Counted from the first letter of the stretch, positions 38,101-51,103 are shown. The stretch: 64,000 bases of DNA from Paraspadella gotoi (GCA_051294375.1 CM119263.1:31541476-31605475); one strand, 5' to 3'. Numbers and translations: made by a program. Notes: generated from the sequence alone by a model not told the origin.

Positions 38101-41100
38101 CCCGGAACAAAGGGGGCACACCCCCCCATGAGCCCAGGCCAGGAGAGCCTAAACTTTAAACTAAAGGGCCACACACACGTGACCAACGACCCATGGCCAG
38201 GAGAGCCAAAAGGGGGACATGTCCCTTGGGAGCTATGTCGTAAATTTTTAAGGGAAAGCATTTTTACAACATCATTCAATATGACGTAAGATGTTCAATC
38301 TTCCCAATTTAATTTGTTTACATTTTAATTAAACTAAACAAAGAAGTTTTTTGCTTAATTTCTTCGAGTTTTGTTCGATCCTCGTCGCCCAGCGTTTCCT
38401 CGCTGGATTGATATCTTGACGACACATGCCTTCTAAAAAAAGTCCGCTGTTAGGAACATGATAAATACAAGATTTAAGTAATATTGTATTCTATTCTCGT
38501 ACAATATTAGTTACAGAATAGCTTCATAATATGTATATGAAATTGGTACAACAATATAAAAATTATCCATTCATTTAATAAATAAGCTATAATTGCCCCT
38601 GACTTGAGACAGGCTTTGGTGGTTTAAGGCCTCCATCACTCTTACAAGATAATGACANNNNNNNNNNNNNNNNNNNNNNNNNCTCGGGCATGGCAAGGCG
38701 GGCAAGAAACAGAGTGCGTAGCTAAATTATCAGCCGAAAAGAAGCCGATCAGCCCAATGCGGATGGCCAGTTTGTGCTTTGCAGTGCCAATGAGAATTGT
38801 TGCCATTCGTGGCTTGCCAGCGGAGTTTGCTTCGCGTCGCGTGATCCGAGTTCGAATGTCTGGAGTCTTTGATCCTCTGCGATGACTTGTATAAGGATAA
38901 TCCTTACTAATTAATTATAGCTGGTGAACTATAATTGATTTACTTGTGGTCACCCGAGCAGCAAGTAGCTAAGCAAAAGTATAATTTTGGTCACTCAGCG
39001 TCTGGAATCATTACTATCTCGACGTGCTAGAATATCCGTATGGTTGTGCTTCGACTTCAATCATAAAGAATTTACTGGGTTGCCCCCAATGTGCGAGTTC
39101 CAAGCTACTGAAGTAGTGCTGTTGAATGCGCAGGCGCTTAATGGTTACTAGCAGGTCCCTGCAAGATTACAATCAAGATTCAGAGTCTCGTTTATTCACT
39201 CCCAGAGTTCTTGGCTTCCCCATCAATGTAGTAAAATGTTTCAAAGAATATTTCAATTGTATAAAAATANNNNNNNNNNNNNNNNNNNNNNNNNTGGGGC
39301 GGAGTAAATTATAAGTATTACCCCGATCTTAATATTTTAAAGGGTAGTGTATGTTTTATACAATTGAAATAATATTCTTTGAAACAATCTTACTGCATTG
39401 ATGGCGGACGAGCCAAGAACTCTGCGAAAGTGAATAAACGAGCTTGAATCTATTCGATTGCTAATCTTGCCAGGGACCTGCTAATGATCATTATCTTGTA
39501 AGAGTGAGGAGGCTATTAAACCTGTCCAAAGTCCAGGGGCAAGATAGATCTCCTACTATTATTAAACTGAATGGATAATTATACTAGTGTTGGTTGCGTA
39601 GGTACCACCCTTTTTCATACAAATTTTATCAGCTTAAGATATATCAGTGTTATTAATATAAAATTCATGACAGTGAAGTCGAGCAATTTTTACGATGTAT
39701 GTTTTAGCAAAATATACATGAACAAAGTAGTTAAAATCCACTAAATTGTTCCTATTTATGTTTAACATTACTACCCTGAATATTTAAATTCATCTTATAT
39801 ACTTAGATTTTTTACATATTTCGCCCCTCGAAACATCATAAACAAATTACTGTAAAAGTTAAAATATATAATTACACTGTTAAATCCAAAAAATTAACCG
39901 ATAAAATTAATAACCTGGAACTGTGAGAGTTCTAGATCCCTTAACTATCATTCTCTAATACCTTAATCGAAAGCGTCCTAATACTTAAGGGAGTGGTCTT
40001 TTCATACAATTGAAGACATTCTTTGAATATTTTCGCACTCATTGAAATAGGGAAGCCAGGTACTCTGGGAGTGAATAAACAAGACTGTGAGGAGAGTCTT
40101 GAATTTGAAACTTGGCAGGGACCGTGCTAGTCATTATCATTGGTAAGAGTGATTGAGGACTTAAACCACCAAAGCCTGTCCAAATCAGGGGCAAGATATA
40201 GCTTATTTATTAAATGATGGATAATTTTTATATTGGTTTGTACCAATTTCATAAAAATTAAGCGTCCTCTTTGTTTTTGATGCTAGTGGCGGAGTTACAT
40301 AAAGTATTCCCCGATCTAATACTTAAGGGAGTGGTCTTTTATACAATTGGAAACATTCTTTGAAATATATTTTCCACTTCAATTGATAGGGAAGTCCAGG
40401 TACTGCTGGGAGTGATAAAAAGATGTGAGATAGTTCTGATTGAAGCTTGGCAGGGACTTGCTTATGTTCATTATCTTGTAAGAGTGATGAGGCTTAAACC
40501 ACATAAGCTTCCCCAAGTCAGGGGCAAGATAGCTTATTTATTTAAATGAATGGATAATTTTTATATTGGTTTGTACCATTCTATTAATCTTTTAAATAAT
40601 GCCTTGTGATACTAAATACTTTTCTTTTTCGTTGCTTGAGTTAAATTAGAGAAGTTTCAATTTGGATTTGACAACAGCTTTGGGTTTTATCTCAGCGTTA
40701 ATGATTGGTAAATTAACGCTGATTAAAGCACTCTTCGGTAAGTGAGACTGGGGAACATAAATTTTATTTGAGTGAAAAACATGAATTATTTAGACGTGAG
40801 ATAGTATGATGTAGGAGTAAAAATATATTTTGCTTATATTGTTTGGGGAACAGTATCATTATTTACAATATATTTATAAGTATATATCCTTGATAAATAT
40901 CCGCAGAGGAATCAAGAAAACTCCAGAATCGAAATCCGATTCGGCGACGCGAGCAACTCCGCTGGAAGCAAAAATGGAACATTCTCATGTGGATGAAAAG
41001 ACAATGGATCGCCAATGGGCGAGATGGGCTTCTTATTCCTGCTGTAAAATTTACCCCTTTGCTTCCGATCGATTGTATTTGTATACTTTCATAAATTTTC

Positions 41101-44100
41101 AAATTAATTTTTTTAAAATTTTTTATTGAAGATTCTGATTCTTCCATAAAAAGTTAAGATAAAATATAAAATTCTTATTAATAAATTTTAAATGTCTTCA
41201 GTATAAAATCAAAAAAATGTCAAATTTTCACTTTTTTTTAACCAAGCTTGGTAGTGCATCAAAATACAAGGAGCTGAATTTTATGAAATTTGTACTCGAA
41301 ATATTCTGCATCGCGCATAAAATTCGACAATGCATATTTAAAAATATCTATTCAGTAGTCGGTCTGTCTCCTTCGAGATCCACTACTATTTGACTTACTA
41401 ATAGAGTTAGGTTAATTTTATGAATAATGTAAAATAACACCGGAGTGACGAAGGACGAAACCGTCGAAGGCGAATTTACGAAAGAAAATTGATTTGGATG
41501 AAAATTTAATTTATTACATTTGATTGATTTATTTATTCGATTATTTATAAAATTAATAAAAATGAATCTTACAAATATTGAATATTAAATTTTACAAAAA
41601 CGACGAGGATCTATGGTGTCACAAAAAAATAGAGATGACGACGAAGACTTTCGATTCCGTGGCATCTCTCTCTCTGTGTTTCTTCCCCGATCTCTCGATC
41701 TCTCTCTCCTCCCCATATAAAACCTACTCTGTCTCTATCCTACTCTTTTTCGCAATTTTTTTTTGATTAAAACGAAATTTCCTCTCCAATTTGAGAAAAA
41801 TTCAAAGAAAATTTTTAATCTTAAATTCGGATATCAAAACCTCAATTTAAATTATTTAATCTCCAATACCAAGGTTTTAAAAACTCGAAATTATTAAATG
41901 TCGATTTAAAAAAAAAACTCTCTCACAATTCACCATTTTAAAATAACTTCTTCCCTGTCCTTACCTTCACCTGTCCTCACATCTGACCACTATCCTTTAC
42001 TCAATTCTTTGTTGGAAACTCCCTCAACCTTTCTCTTACTCAATGTTCGCAGAGAAATTAGTTTTACAAATTAAACGCTGATGAAGACTCGAATTCTAGA
42101 GTCGAAACCTGTACTATTGGCTCCGCCTCGCAAAAATACTAATTAATTTGACTACAGAACTTTACCTGCTTTTCGATCGATGCCCAATCCTCCTTCTCAA
42201 CATCTCCGCAGTATCGCTGCATCGCGATATCGACGTATTGTGATATCGAACTTAAATTATTGATAAACGCGGTAGTGTATATCGTATAGGGACAAAATTT
42301 CTCGCGAGTAATGAAATGCTTCTGTTTGTAAACCTTAAGATAAAATCTATGTGAAAATAAAACATATAAGAGTAGGTTCCGCGTACAAACGTTGCATTTT
42401 AGGAAAAAAACGACTCTTTCCACTATTGTTCAGTTGTTACTTAAATGTTAATTAACTTTGTACCACCAACACAATTAGGCCGAACGAGAGGATTAGTTAG
42501 AAACATCTCCACCCGTTTCTAATGATAAAGAGTACCATTTTGGCAACTTTTAGGAAAAAAAATTATGTCCATTTTTGTCCATTTTTACTTACGACTTCTG
42601 ATTTGAATGCCAAGGAAAGTTGAGAAAAATTTTTTACTTTGGAATCCGTTCTTTCTTATCTTTTTTTACCTCTGGGTAATTTATTAGCTATAATCATTTA
42701 TAGTTTGCCTATGAGTTAATTTTAAAGTTAACAGTCAAAAGTTGGAGTTTCACGTCTTTATCATAATTTGTTAAACAAAAATAAATCAAATTGGTTGAAA
42801 TTAACAGAAAATATAGCCTATTGAATAAGCTTTTAAACACTATAAAATTATCAAAAAAACTTTTTTGTTTAGCCCACAATAATTTTAAAGACGTATTTTA
42901 ATTTGTGACTTTTTGTGACTTGCATTTATTTTTGATAAGAGAAATATTTCAACTCATTTATTAGTTTTAAAAGATGAGGTACACTACTGACCTTGATTAA
43001 TTAAAAAAACCGCATCCTTTTAACCCAATGGAAAGCATCAGGCCTTTTTTTCTCAGAAAATCGACAGTATTTTGCGGAAATAGCTGTCGATTTACTAAAT
43101 TTGCTAGCAACCAAATTGAAAAAAAATCATGCGTTACCGTTCATTTTCTTTCTTATAATGCATTTTAAATATTTTATTTGATTTGGCTCAATGTAAACGT
43201 AGTGAGAGAAATAGGAAAGGGAAAACAAGAAAAGGAGAGGGAGAGAATGAAAAGAGAGGGTGAAAGGCAAAAAAACGAAGGCAAATGGGGAAAAATAGTG
43301 AAACAATTTGTAAGTAAGAAAAGAGGGAAAAATGGAAAGAAAAAGAGGGAAAAAAGGGAAAGAATGAAGATGAGAAAAAAAGGTGAGGAAAGTGCATGAG
43401 TGACAGAAAAGGTAGGGGCCAAAAAAATGGTAAGTGACAGCAAGAAGAAGTAAGGAGGAAAGAGGAAAGAAAATATAAAGTAAGAGAAAAAAGAGGTGAA
43501 GAAGAATAATCAGGAAAAAGCGTATGAAAGGAAAAAAAATTGTATCAGATAATTTGGCGTCTTACCTAAAATCTTTTGTGTAAGTAAAAGACATGAGGAT
43601 TCTTATAAGGAATTCGATCTTTAAAAATCATCTGTACCATAAAAATTCAAGCATACTTTTTTCTAAAATTAAGCAGTTAATGAGATTAGATTGACAATCA
43701 TTGAAGAAATCATGTCTTACCGTATTTTTACTCATAGAAATTTACATGGGAAGTTCTCAGTGATAAAAGAAGAGATAACTGAGACTACCGTTTTTTTAAA
43801 TGAAGAAAGCTTCGTTATAACATTGGGTACGCATTTAAAGGGGCGTTAAGAGTCGCAACGAGTAGAGGAGTCGATTCGCAAATGAGATCAAGAAAATATG
43901 GTAATTATTGAAGTTCAGATTTCATTGTTTAAAAGACACTGATTGTACGCGAAACCAGTAACAAACTGACTGACTTTGATCGCTTCTTGATAAGAATCCA
44001 AAAATTCGCCGAGTTGTTCAAAGGAAAATCGCAAAGTGCAGAGAACGAGATCTGTAGAAATTGTTTTGGCCAACTGGGGAAACAATAGATCAATAGTATA

Positions 44101-47100
44101 TCTTTATTTTGTTAAATGTTTAAAATTCAAATTATCGGTTTAAACTTTATTCAAGGGTAAAGAGTTTGTTTCGAAAAAATAAATCTTAATACTTCGACTG
44201 ACTTTAATTCTAAATCTTTCCCTAGATTGATCTTTTGTCATATCTAGCTGACAAGGAAAAAACGTCAAATTCTAAACTTCCAGCGCTCCCTTTTGTCTCT
44301 TAAAACAAGACAATTCTTATGCCGACCTTCTTTACCGCTCATTGACTTCTTGCAACGTGGGCCAGGGATATTTCGTTATTCGTTTACTGCCTTTTAATTA
44401 ATCACTTTTGCTCAATTAAAACTAATTTTTTCATAACCATAATTCGGCTAAATTTTATTATCGCCGACCGCGATTCAAAAAAAAAAAATATATAACCCAA
44501 TTACCCTAACCACCCTAGCCCTAAACCACTCTAAAACCACTTAACCCTAACCCCTCCCTAACCCCGGTCGGCGTAAGTAAAAGCTTTCGTAAGTTATAAC
44601 GAATCAGACTCAGTTGGCAAGTTAAGGGAACTAGTTGTGACAATTGAAAAAAATTAATAAATTCAATAAATTTTAAAAGATAAATGAATTAAAGGGAATT
44701 AAATTCATTAACCTTCAAATGAATGAATTCATTCACCTTCAGATGTTCTTCAATCATTTCGTGAATGATCATGGGCAAAGGAGTAAAGTAGTGACCGCTT
44801 CCATCGGCCTCCGGCTTTTTCTCCGTCATCCAATCTTCCTGTAAAAATGATTGGTGTAAAAAAAATATGACAGCAAAATTTAATTAAACTTAATCGCAAC
44901 TTTTTCACAACTTTTAATATTCCAAAGAGAATGAGAGAAATTAAATCATACACATCGGAAAGAGGGAGACAGAGTTCGACAAAGAGAAAAGAGTTAGTCA
45001 GCAGTAACTAGCATAGCTTGCTCAAAATATAACTTATCATCAAGTTAGTTATATATAAAAGTTACCTTATCCGATTGCAAACAGTTCGTCATCCATTCTT
45101 TCATATTTTTCGCGGTTTGACTTTCATATTTCGAAATCAAATCTTTCTCTTCTTCTGGAGATAACAGATCTTCGCAATCCGTCGCTTCCATCTGCAATGA
45201 GCAACGACAAGCTTTTCTTAGAAAAGAGGGAGACCAAGGGTTCGACGGCCGAGATTGCCGAGGGATCGAGGCATTCTTCAAATAATTATTGAATCAATAA
45301 TAAAATAATAACAAAACAATTATAAATCAGAAAAACTGAAAGAGCTCAAAGCTGTGTAAATAATAATTTCAATGATTAGAATTCATTTCAAAAAGTTACA
45401 AAAATTCATCATGTTACCTAATGTTTCCTGAGAAATCTCCTAAAAGTTTAAAGTTTACTTGCCCTTTTATACTTCTTAAAATTTAAATAGACCAATTAAA
45501 AATTACTTTTGACTTTTGAGAACACCACCAATAATTGGATCATAAAAGTCTCGTCCAATCAGAAGCGAGAATTAAATAATAACCAATGAAAGTATAGAAC
45601 AGAGAATTATAGCAACTAACGTTATTGGTACTCTATATAAAACCGAATATAAATTTNNNNNNNNNNNNNNNNNNNNNNNNNATATTATTTATGCTTTTAA
45701 TAGCCTTAAATTATTATTCTTAATGCTAAATTTATATTTTAATAAATTTCAATGTGAGGCGGTAGTATTTAGTATACCACGTATAATACGAAAGTCTAAG
45801 AAAATGTGTTTACAAATTATTTAAATGAGATTTTTGTGAAAAATCTCGTTGTGGTTTATTTACCGGTTCGATCAACGTACTTTCATTAATTCTACTTTTG
45901 AGATTTCCACTATCTTTTATTTTGTTTTTATGATTTCAATGCTCCGACCTCTTCTTTCCCCACATTTCTATATATTTTTTCAATAGACACGCCCAAACCC
46001 GCTCACTAAAAGAGAGGAGCAAATCGAGCATACTGGGAAAAGACCTTTCATGAAGTCTGGATTCCGTCCAGGATTCCCGTCCAAAGATTTTGAGGCGCAA
46101 AGCCTTCGGCACGATGGAATCCCAATACAAAGAGTTATCATCGAAGTCTTTCTGTCACAACCAGATCAAAAACACGGTGGACAAGGTGATCATTGAGCGC
46201 CTTATTTTCAAGAAACGCCCAATTTATCCTAAATTCTTATTTAAATTTAATTTTTAGGTGCCGGCGAATAATACTCGCGGAGCAACTCGATACAGTCACA
46301 TTTGAAGGTTTGGTCTGTTCGGTTGTCGGTCGGTCTTAGATAGAAGAAGATAATCAACAAGGAAACAAGAGCTATTTATACAATGGCATCGGACCGTGAT
46401 TCGTGAAAACTTTTTGCCGTTTTTTCCGGATGGAATCCCGGCCGCCATTGCCGATGGCCATTGGTTGCTTGACCAATGAGATATAGTCTTCTTGAAAATT
46501 CTTTTCCGCGTCGCTGTATCCGATTTCTGGCTTTTAGGTTCGATTTCCTTTCTAAACTTTCATGAACTGAGAGAGAAAGGAGGAGAGAGAGAGGCAGAGA
46601 GAGAGACGAGAGGGGAGAGAGAGAGAGAGAGAGTCCTCTTTTTCCATTCTTTGCATTTCTTTTTGTCTGTTAATGTTATATTATTATTTAATTCTTATTT
46701 CTTTCCCTCCTCTCCATTATCTCATGCCCGGCTCATTCACCAACTGGAATTGGCCAAATCGCAAAATAATCATGGGGACCTTCGAGCGCGAGATCTTATC
46801 TCCCTTTCATGTTTCCTCCGTCCTACGACATTTCAACAAATTTCTTGTCCTGGTACCACAGGGCTTTGTCCCAAAATTTGAGGCAGATGAATCAAGAGGG
46901 ATCTTAAGAGTACGGAGCTGATCCCTGCTCTTGTCTTGGGTTAAGACTTACAACACTGAGGAGATGCTCTGCAGCCCCGGATTTGCAGGTGCAAGGGGAG
47001 GTGGAAGACGATGCCGTCGGACGTTGATTTTATAAAAAAAATTTCCCGACCGAACAATGTTAAGATAAAAAATTCCAACATCGCGTTGACGTTTTATACG

Positions 47101-50100
47101 AGGGTAAATAATTAGTGAATGTATTAGATTGACAATAGTTTTATAACGTCGGAAAATGATAAAGGTGATGAAAAAGGTGATTGTTAAGTAGTTTATAAAT
47201 ATTTCCATAATTTTTAGAGGATGGGCTCACCAGTGTGGATAAGGCGCTAAGTGGGCTCAAGATGACTATCCCTAACTTCTTTAACCCCCTCTAACAGCTA
47301 TGGAACTGGTCCTGGGCTTGGAACCAGGCTTGAGGGTTTTCCACGCCCCCAAGGCGGCTTACGGCCATCCTCACACTTTCCGCAGGGTAGGTACCTGGTT
47401 GGGATGGCTTTACTCAATGAGCCACCGGGTCACGACTGAAGGTGTCATGCTTAGAGGCGGGGTGAACTTTGCTATGCCCGACTACAAACCTAAAAGCCAG
47501 AATCGGATCAGCGACGCGAGAAGAATTTTCAAGAGACTCTCTAATTGGGCAAGCAACCAATGGCATCGGCCAATGGCCGGACGGGATTCCATCCGGCGGC
47601 AAAAGTTTCCCGAGTCACGGATCCGATTCCATTGTATAAATAGCTCTTTGTTTTCCTTGTTGATTCTCTCTATCTGACCGACCGACCGACAGACCGACTC
47701 AAATGTGACTTATCGAGTTGCTCCGCGAGTATTCGCGGCACCTAAAAATTAAATTAAATAAGAATTTAGGATAAAATTGGGCGTTCTGGGAAAATAAGGC
47801 GCCAATGATTTTACCTTGTCCACCGTGTTTTGATCTGGTTGTGACAGAAAGACTTCGATGTAACTCTTGCATTGGGATTCCATCGTGGCGAAGGCTTTGC
47901 GCCTCAAATCCTTTGGACGGGAATCTGGACGGAATCCAGACTTCATGAAAGTCTTTTCCCAGTAGGAGTCGATTTGCTCCTCTCTTTTAGTGGAGCGGGT
48001 TTGGGCGGTGTGGAGTGGGGGAAGGAGGTCGGAGTGTGTGGGTAGGTATGAGGTAAGTGATCGAACCGAGTGGGTATCCACAACGAGAGTTTCACAAAAA
48101 TCTCATTTAAAAAAATAATTTGAAACACATTTTCTTTAGACTTTGTAGATTTTAAATTAAGCATTAAGTAATATTTATTACGACTAATTAGCATTCACAT
48201 ATATTTAATTACTAATACTTAATAATCAATATTCAACATAGATAATTAAAATGTTCACCTTTCGATGATTCTCAAAACTGTCACCAATTCTTTCGGCTCC
48301 AAAATGACAGAGTTGATTCTTCTCTTGAAAATATCGAAAAGCTATCGAAACCAAAAATAACAATTATAATTTATATGAAGTAAACTATTGGTGACTTAAC
48401 GATAACCATAGAAGAGAAGAGCTTGTCTTCGTTAAAGTTTGGCAAATGGCGTGAATATCCAACTTAATTTTGTGGCTTCGGATATATACATATTTTATAC
48501 ATTATGAACTTTGTACAACAAACATAAAAAAATATTCCATTCATTTAATAAATAACTATCTTGCCCCTAACTGAGGACAGGCTTTGGTGGTTTAAGGCCT
48601 CCATCACTCTTACAAGATAATGTCATAACAGGTAGAAACTTTCAATAAGACTCTCTCAGTCTCGTTTATTCCTCCCAGAGTACCTGGCCTCCTATCAATG
48701 AAGTGCTTAATTTTTCAAAGATTGTTTCAATTGTATAAAGGGACCAAACCTTATTATTACATCCCGTTCCCTTCCCCTAATTCATTCATGCATTAAATAA
48801 TTAATTATTAATTAATTAATTAATTAATTAATTAATTCATTCATTCATTCATTCATTCATTCATTCATTCATTCACCCACCACCTTTTCTCTCCAATTTC
48901 GCATTAACAGAGGAGACATCTTTAAAATAATTCCTCAAAGTAAAATCGTCAGTTTTACTTTGATTCGTTTGAAGATAAAATTCGTAAAAAAGTTCATCAC
49001 GCGAATTTTCTAAATCCATCAGGTATTTGTGAGCGGAGAGGAGTTTCCCTGACGAAGGATAGGATAAGTCAATTAGCGATGATTTAATAATAAATTTTGA
49101 ATTAATAGACGGTTTGAATCAAATGCCTAATTAAATAAATTAGTTAAGATTTTAAAACGGGGTATCTTTTAATATTATCAGTAAATCTGTTGAAAAACAC
49201 ACTAAATCAGCTATATAAAATAATGCGAAATTTTTTAGACAACGAAACCTAAAACCAAATTTAATTTTTGATTTTAAAGTTAATCTAAATAATTAACTGA
49301 ATAAAGAAATCAAATCAATCAATTATATTAATAAAACCCACTTATCCATTATTATCACAATATCAATCTCAATCCAAAGTAGAACCGACCGACCTGCTTC
49401 GATACAGATCTCCGCATACTCCTCACTCGATCCGGGACAACTGAAGACATGTTCCAAATTATCTTTTCGTCAATTCTGCAGTTTCTTGTGTTCGAGCTTT
49501 CGTCGCGAAGTAGCTGAGGTTAAGAGAATGCGATACTGTGGCGGCATCTTTAGCGGCGAATACTTAATTACTAAATGACTGTGGCGGCATCTTCAGGGGC
49601 GATACTTAATTACTAAATACTGGGTGGCTAGCTATGAACTCTTATTTAACGCGATAAAATCTATCACAAGTTCTGGCATTTCTAATATGGAGTAAAATTT
49701 AATTGCTTGAAAAAATGTTTAACGGTTTTTCGAAAATTACACACAGAATATTAACTCTCTCTCCTCTCTTTCCCTCTCTCTCTTCTCCTCCTCTCTCTTC
49801 TCTCTTTTTCTCCTCTCTTTTCTCTCTCTCTCTCTCTTCTGAGTACATATATAGGTGTAAATATAAATATATTATCTTTTTTTAAAATGCCCACTTAAGA
49901 GAACCGAGTCAAACTGGGTAAATCTCCACATGACATACATCACCGGGCATTGTAATATGTCTTGTGCCATTAAATCCTCACATCTCTATCCCTGTCATTA
50001 ACTCATCACCTCATAGACTCCTCTTTCGGGGTCAGACCCAAATAAGATTCTTTGGCGTCTTCAACGTCGTCATTTAGATTTTGCAAAACTTGGACGGTTC

Positions 50101-51103
50101 GTTTAAGAGTAACGAGTCCTTCGGAAACACAGTCAAGTTGAGACTGGGGGCAAAAAGATGGAGAGGGAGTGAGGAAAAAGGGAGAGGGAGTGAGAGGGAG
50201 AGGGAGTAAGTGAAATAGAGGGAAGTGGTGAAAAAAGGAAAGAAGGGAGAGGGAGTGAGGGAAAGAGAAGAGGGAGTGAGGGAAAGAGGGATAGGTGTTG
50301 AGGCATAGAGGGGAAAGAAGGGAGAGGGAATGGAGGGAAAAGATGGAGAGGGAGTGAGGGAATAGTGGGGACAGAGTGAGGAAAGAGGAGAGGGAGTGAG
50401 GGAAAGTATAGGAGAGGGGAGTGAGGGAAAGAGGGAGAGGGAGCGAGGGGACCGGGTAGAAAACAAGATTTAAGCATCGATGACTGTCTCGCGACTTCAA
50501 GGTCATTTTAATTTGGCAAACAAGTGATAACCGATTAGAACAGATAGAAATAAGTAAGAGAAGATTGTCCAATGTCCAATGGTCATAGCTTCAAAACGTT
50601 AGTGCCCCCCCGCCCTTATCTTAACCAAGCCTGCAAAGTCTCTTTCAATGCCGCATCCGTGATGCCTTTCTTCCGCAAAATTCTTTTCTTGTATTGATCG
50701 ATCTTTTTCCAACTGATCAGGTCTTTGCAACATTGTGAAAATTTGCTTAATTGCGCCAGTTTTTGCCAACATTCCAAATTGACAGATTAAGAGTTTCATC
50801 TTCTTCTGGCATCAAAGGCTTAGGAATCGCTAGTCGTTTCTGGCCCAACTTTCAACGAAAGCTTTCTGCGGTGACGAACGAGGCGGCGCAGATGGGCTGT
50901 CCGCGGCCCGTTCGTGGCGAGCACGGTCGGAGTGTCCGCTTTGGACGGACAGGCGGAGCGGCACGGAGGGGACTCGAGGAGACCTTTGCAACGAGGGACG
51001 GTACGCCGGGCTGTCCGCTTTGACGGCCTTGGTGGCACGGAAGGGCTGGTCCGCTTTCGTCGCGCTGTTGCGGACGTGGAATTTCTTCTTCTGACGATTC
51101 CAT
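32197..51103 (-). CDS. EXOC3: Exocyst complex component 3 (Sec6)
   Basis: Exons include ~50631-51103 (MLQRPDQLEK..DQYKKR), 50010-50144 (SQLDCVSEGL), ~49394-49513, ~48884-49048 (LLSAHKYLMDLENSRDEL), ~48259-48341 (LVTVLRIIER), ~47815-47983 (EEQID..RPK), the ..FPPSYDI..YHRAL.. exon (inverted at ~46720-46990; collinear copy ~62168-62450), 45066-45191, ~44737-44837 (EDWMTEKKPEADGSGHYFTPLP), ~43975-44073, ~42166-42333, ~34908-35081 (LLDEMFLDL..DTICVTIEDY), ~34462-34632, ~33158-33355 (FPDLTKEHL), 32197-32346. Some 5' exons carry indels, probably sequencing error. Confidence 0.92.
32442..32797. mobile_element. ~330-bp dispersed repeat with terminal direct redundancy (best copy)
   Basis: TATATGAAATTGGTACAACCAATATAA occurs at 32442 and 32770. 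Copies or fragments at 16535, 18515, 33440, 35935, 38535, 39150, 39300, 39975-40580 (tandem), 41250, 48500 and 63725. Confidence 0.85.
32810..33039 (+). mobile_element. tRNA-Gly-core repeat copy
   Basis: Near-identical to 19161-19388. Confidence 0.9.
35770..35932 (-). mobile_element. Ty3/Gypsy LTR retrotransposon aspartic protease fragment
   Basis: Minus strand, with a frameshift: VQIRLGRRTFAF...ADVTQPILGSDFLAEHYL, matching the retropepsin C-terminal ADV..PILG.DFL motif. Possibly related noisy fragments at ~38690-38885 and ~40900-41060. Confidence 0.7.
35986..38657 (+). other. Indel-rich duplicate of ~30110-32566, including the LINE-like remnant and the last EXOC3 exon
   Basis: Collinear with the earlier block, many 1-nt insertions, ends at an N gap. 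Confidence 0.9.
42075..42116 (+). ncRNA. Hammerhead ribozyme motif, second copy (stem I degenerate)
   Basis: ACG-CTGATGA-A-GACTC-gaattcta-GAGTC-GAAA-CCTG-TA-C; upstream flank (ACCACTATC...GTTGGAAACT) is shared with the 6792 copy. Confidence 0.6.
42375..43956. mobile_element. 1582-bp non-autonomous DNA transposon with short TIRs and 4-bp TSD (AGTA)
   Basis: Ends GGTTCCGCGTACAA / TTGTACGCGAAACC, flanked by AGTA on both sides; the duplicate EXOC3 copy has a single AGTA (60137-60140) and lacks the element. Confidence 0.85.
45682..47215 (+). other. Inverted, error-rich EXOC3 segment (probable misassembly or fold-back)
   Basis: ~45700-46550 is the reverse complement of ~47490-48240; 46550-47215 corresponds to 61920-62640 in opposite orientation; starts at an N gap. 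Confidence 0.8.
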
